This document shows positions 61,954 to 64,000 of a DNA stretch of 64,000 bases, in pieces. The notes below the pieces were generated by a model, which was given only the letters and a program-made list of their open reading frames with translations, ran no database searches and was not told the origin of the DNA. Source of the stretch: an uncultured Acidobacteriota bacterium (GTDB lineage: Bacteria > Acidobacteriota > Vicinamibacteria > Vicinamibacterales > UBA2999). The stretch covers positions 48,710 through 112,709 of the forward strand of contig CAVUIM010000003.1 in NCBI GenBank assembly GCA_963741665.1, read 5' to 3'. Positions within the stretch are counted from its first letter, which is position 1. Every line of letters begins with the position of its first letter. The position numbers and the translations under genes are program-made.

Positions 61954-62277
61954 TCAGGCCTCTTCGGCCAGCGCGAGACGGGTCCGCCAGTCCGGCGGCG
62001 GGTCGAGCAGGCGGATGCCCATGCCGCCGGTGGCGATCATCACCAGCGCCGAGGCCACGCGGCGGGCCCGCGTCACGCGTCCCTGCAGCCGCAGATCGTC
62101 GCCGCCCGCCACCTTCACTTGCAGCTGCACCGGCGACCCTGTGGCGAGCACCACGTTGGTCGACAGGAACACGCCCCGGCCCGACACGTCCGTGATGAGT
62201 CCGAGCCGCTCGGGCCGCTCGGCGCCGAACCGCGTCGGCAGATGCGTCTTCTTCCGCTGGCGTCCGCGCTTTTCCAT
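61954..62277 (-). CDS. PilZ-domain protein
   Basis: 107 aa from the ATG whose complement is at 62275-62277. It has the N-terminal basic motif RGRQRKKTHLP and DVSGRGVFL (D-x-S-x-x-G), the c-di-GMP binding signature. Confidence 0.7.
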   Translation of the reverse strand: MEKRGRQRKKTHLPTRFGAERPERLGLITDVSGRGVFLSTNVVLATGSPVQLQVKVAGGDDLRLQGRVTRARRVASALVMIATGGMGIRLLDPPPDWRTRLALAEEA

Positions 62278-62421
62278 GGGTTTGGGCCATCGCAGAGCAC
62301 GGCCCATGCCGCCGGCGATGGTGAGCCCAGGCCGGCACTTTCGTGCAGAATCGGCGACTTGGTGCGAGAAGTTTCCGCGTCTCGCCGCAGAAGAGTCTGG
62401 AAGGGCCTAGAAATCCTGACT

Positions 62422-63018
62422 TCAGTCGCCGGCGTGGACGACCGTGCGCCGGCTGCGATGGCCGGTCACGAGTTCGGCCCGCAGTTGCTTGCTCAGGTAG
62501 ACCTTCGACTCGGCGGCGGCGTCGACCGAGCGCTCGAACTTGATCACGTCGAACCCGAGCTGGGCCAGCACTGCGCGCATGTCGTAGAAGCGGTTCTTGG
62601 TCTTGACCACGACTTCCTGGTAGCCGAGGGCGACCGCCCACGCTTCGGATTGCTCGGTGAGAGCCCGGAAGTGCCCCTGGCCGCGCCAGTCGCGCCGGGT
62701 CGCGCCGATCCACGAGTACAGGACCTTGCGGCCCGAAAAGTCGACGCACCCGCCGAGCCGCTCCACCAGATCGCGCAGCTTGGGCTCGCGTTCCGTCGCG
62801 CGGATCTCGTGCACCACCTTGTAGGCGACCGGCACGAGGGTCGAGGGATCGTCGGGCAGCGACGACTCCGCCATCAGGATGAGCGACTCGCGATCGCCGA
62901 GCCGGCCGAGCACCTCGGCCGCGGTCTTGCGCCGCGGGAACTCGCCGAAGAACTCTTCGAGGTACTGGATTTCGAGGGCGCCTGACTCGAGAGGGTACTG
63001 CTCGATCAGATACTCCAC
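62422..63018 (-). CDS. GNAT-family N-acetyltransferase
   Basis: About 198 aa from the GTG whose complement is at 63016-63018 (start uncertain). It has the acetyl-CoA motif WRGQGHFRAL. Confidence 0.6.
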   Translation of the reverse strand: MEYLIEQYPLESGALEIQYLEEFFGEFPRRKTAAEVLGRLGDRESLILMAESSLPDDPSTLVPVAYKVVHEIRATEREPKLRDLVERLGGCVDFSGRKVLYSWIGATRRDWRGQGHFRALTEQSEAWAVALGYQEVVVKTKNRFYDMRAVLAQLGFDVIKFERSVDAAAESKVYLSKQLRAELVTGHRSRRTVVHAGD

Positions 63019-63038
63019 CGGCGCTCCGTCGGCGGCAA

Positions 63039-64000
63039 TTATAGCCCGCCGGCCACCGCCCGCCGCTCCTGCAGCAGCCGGCGCTCCGGCTCGGACATCT
63101 CGTGCCCCAGCGCCGAGTCGAGCCACGCCGCGGCTTGCGCGTGGTCGCCCACCCTGGCGTAGAGGTCGGCGAGCACGGCGGGCAGCAGATGGTAGCGGGC
63201 CAGGCGCGGGTCGGCGGTGAGCGCCAGCGCCTCGGGCAGCGCTGCATCCGGCCCCCGCACCTGGGCAAGCGCGATCACCCGGTTGAGGGCAACGACTGGC
63301 GAGGGCCAGCGCACGACCAGCGCGTCGTAGAGCGACAGGATGTGCGGCCAGTTGGTGGCCGTCCAGTCGGGCGCGGCGGCGTGGGCGGCGGCGATCGCAG
63401 CCTCGAGGTGGAAGCGGCTCTCGACCCGGCCGCTGGCCGATCGAGCCAGGGTCCGCAGGCCCTCGGCGAGCAGCACCCCATCCCACGCGCCGCGATCCTG
63501 CACCGCGAGCAGCCGCACTGCACCGCCGTCGACGCGGCTGGGAAATCGGGCGGCGTGCAACAGCATCAGCGCCCGCAACGCGTGCGTCTCTGGACGCGCG
63601 GTATCGGGCCGGCGGGCCAGCAGCGTCACCAGGCGCATCGCCTCTTCGGCGACGTCCTCTTTCAGCGCCCGCGGCCCGGTCGTCGGCGCATGGCCCTCGC
63701 TGAACATCAGGTAGAGCGCGTCGAGCACCGACGCCAGCCGCTCGCCGATGTCGGCCGGCGCCGGCAAGGCGAAGGGCACGTCGTGCTCGCGCAACGTCCG
63801 CTTGGCGCGCACCAGCCGCTGCGCCACCGCCGGCGGCTGCAGCAGGAACGCGCGCGCGATCTCACCGACGCCGAAGCCGCCGACGACCTTCAAGGTCAGC
63901 GCGACGCGGACGTCGGGCGGCAGCGCGGGATGACAGGTCATGAACATCATGACCAGCTCGTCGTCGTCGAACGGCGCCGCGGTCTCGGGCAGCGACCCGT
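63039..64000 (-). CDS. ECF sigma factor with long C-terminal helical-repeat extension (partial; N-terminus beyond the window)
   Basis: The frame stays open to the window edge (...DDDELVMMFMTCHPALPPDVRVALTLKVVGGFGVGEIARAF = sigma region 4). About 230 aa of helical repeat follow, as in the extended ECF groups. Confidence 0.75.
   Translation of the reverse strand, partial: GSLPETAAPFDDDELVMMFMTCHPALPPDVRVALTLKVVGGFGVGEIARAFLLQPPAVAQRLVRAKRTLREHDVPFALPAPADIGERLASVLDALYLMFSEGHAPTTGPRALKEDVAEEAMRLVTLLARRPDTARPETHALRALMLLHAARFPSRVDGGAVRLLAVQDRGAWDGVLLAEGLRTLARSASGRVESRFHLEAAIAAAHAAAPDWTATNWPHILSLYDALVVRWPSPVVALNRVIALAQVRGPDAALPEALALTADPRLARYHLLPAVLADLYARVGDHAQAAAWLDSALGHEMSEPERRLLQERRAVAGGL

Overview
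A roughly 70% G+C chromosomal segment with about 60 protein genes, no rRNA and no CRISPR. All protein calls rest on motif recognition in the supplied translations; no database search was possible. The ADOP-type duplicated permease paired with PadR, the Ser/Thr kinase fused to a TolB-like propeller and the many secreted peptidases suggest Acidobacteriota, but that is inference only.

Recognisable content, in order:
- iscR-iscS.
- A sulfur-carrier cysteine pathway: cysM, a JAMM protease, and a MoaD/CysO-MoeZ-rhodanese fusion.
- An AlkA-like glycosylase.
- A disrupted aminotransferase and a disrupted homoserine dehydrogenase.
- A PilT-like ATPase with a very long Pro/Ala/Val/Glu linker.
- ubiE.
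- A feo operon headed by a membrane-anchored DtxR-FeoA-FeoA fusion.
- A visibly lower-GC island at about 23.7-27.3 kb (details below).
- queC, nagA and a deoxyhypusine-synthase-like gene.
- A sigma-54 activator.
- A disrupted HD-GYP/GAF/GGDEF protein.
- fabI.
- A split arginine cluster: argR, an argG-like gene and argH, divergent from argC-argB-argD-GNAT-argJ-argF.
- pxpA.
- An orphan DGQHR (DndB-like) gene.
- Peptidases.
- PadR plus an ADOP permease.
- A partial ECF sigma factor at the right edge.

The island holds an IS1595-family transposase, a small membrane-protein/zinc-ribbon cassette, hypothetical genes and one tRNA gene.

Most notable observations:
1. The island tRNA has a flawless class-II, tRNA-Leu-like body but an alanine anticodon (UGC).
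2. A TAG-anchored heptamer repeat (GGGAACA)n occurs three times. One copy is a 13.5-unit array filling the whole gap before a CadC-like regulator gene. The other two form an inverted pair behind two convergent genes.
3. The argG-like gene inside the arg operon has lost every catalytic motif I can recognise.
4. Eight clear reading-frame disruptions, plus one inferred lost stop codon, all shift +1. This points to single-base insertion errors in the assembly or to real pseudogenes.
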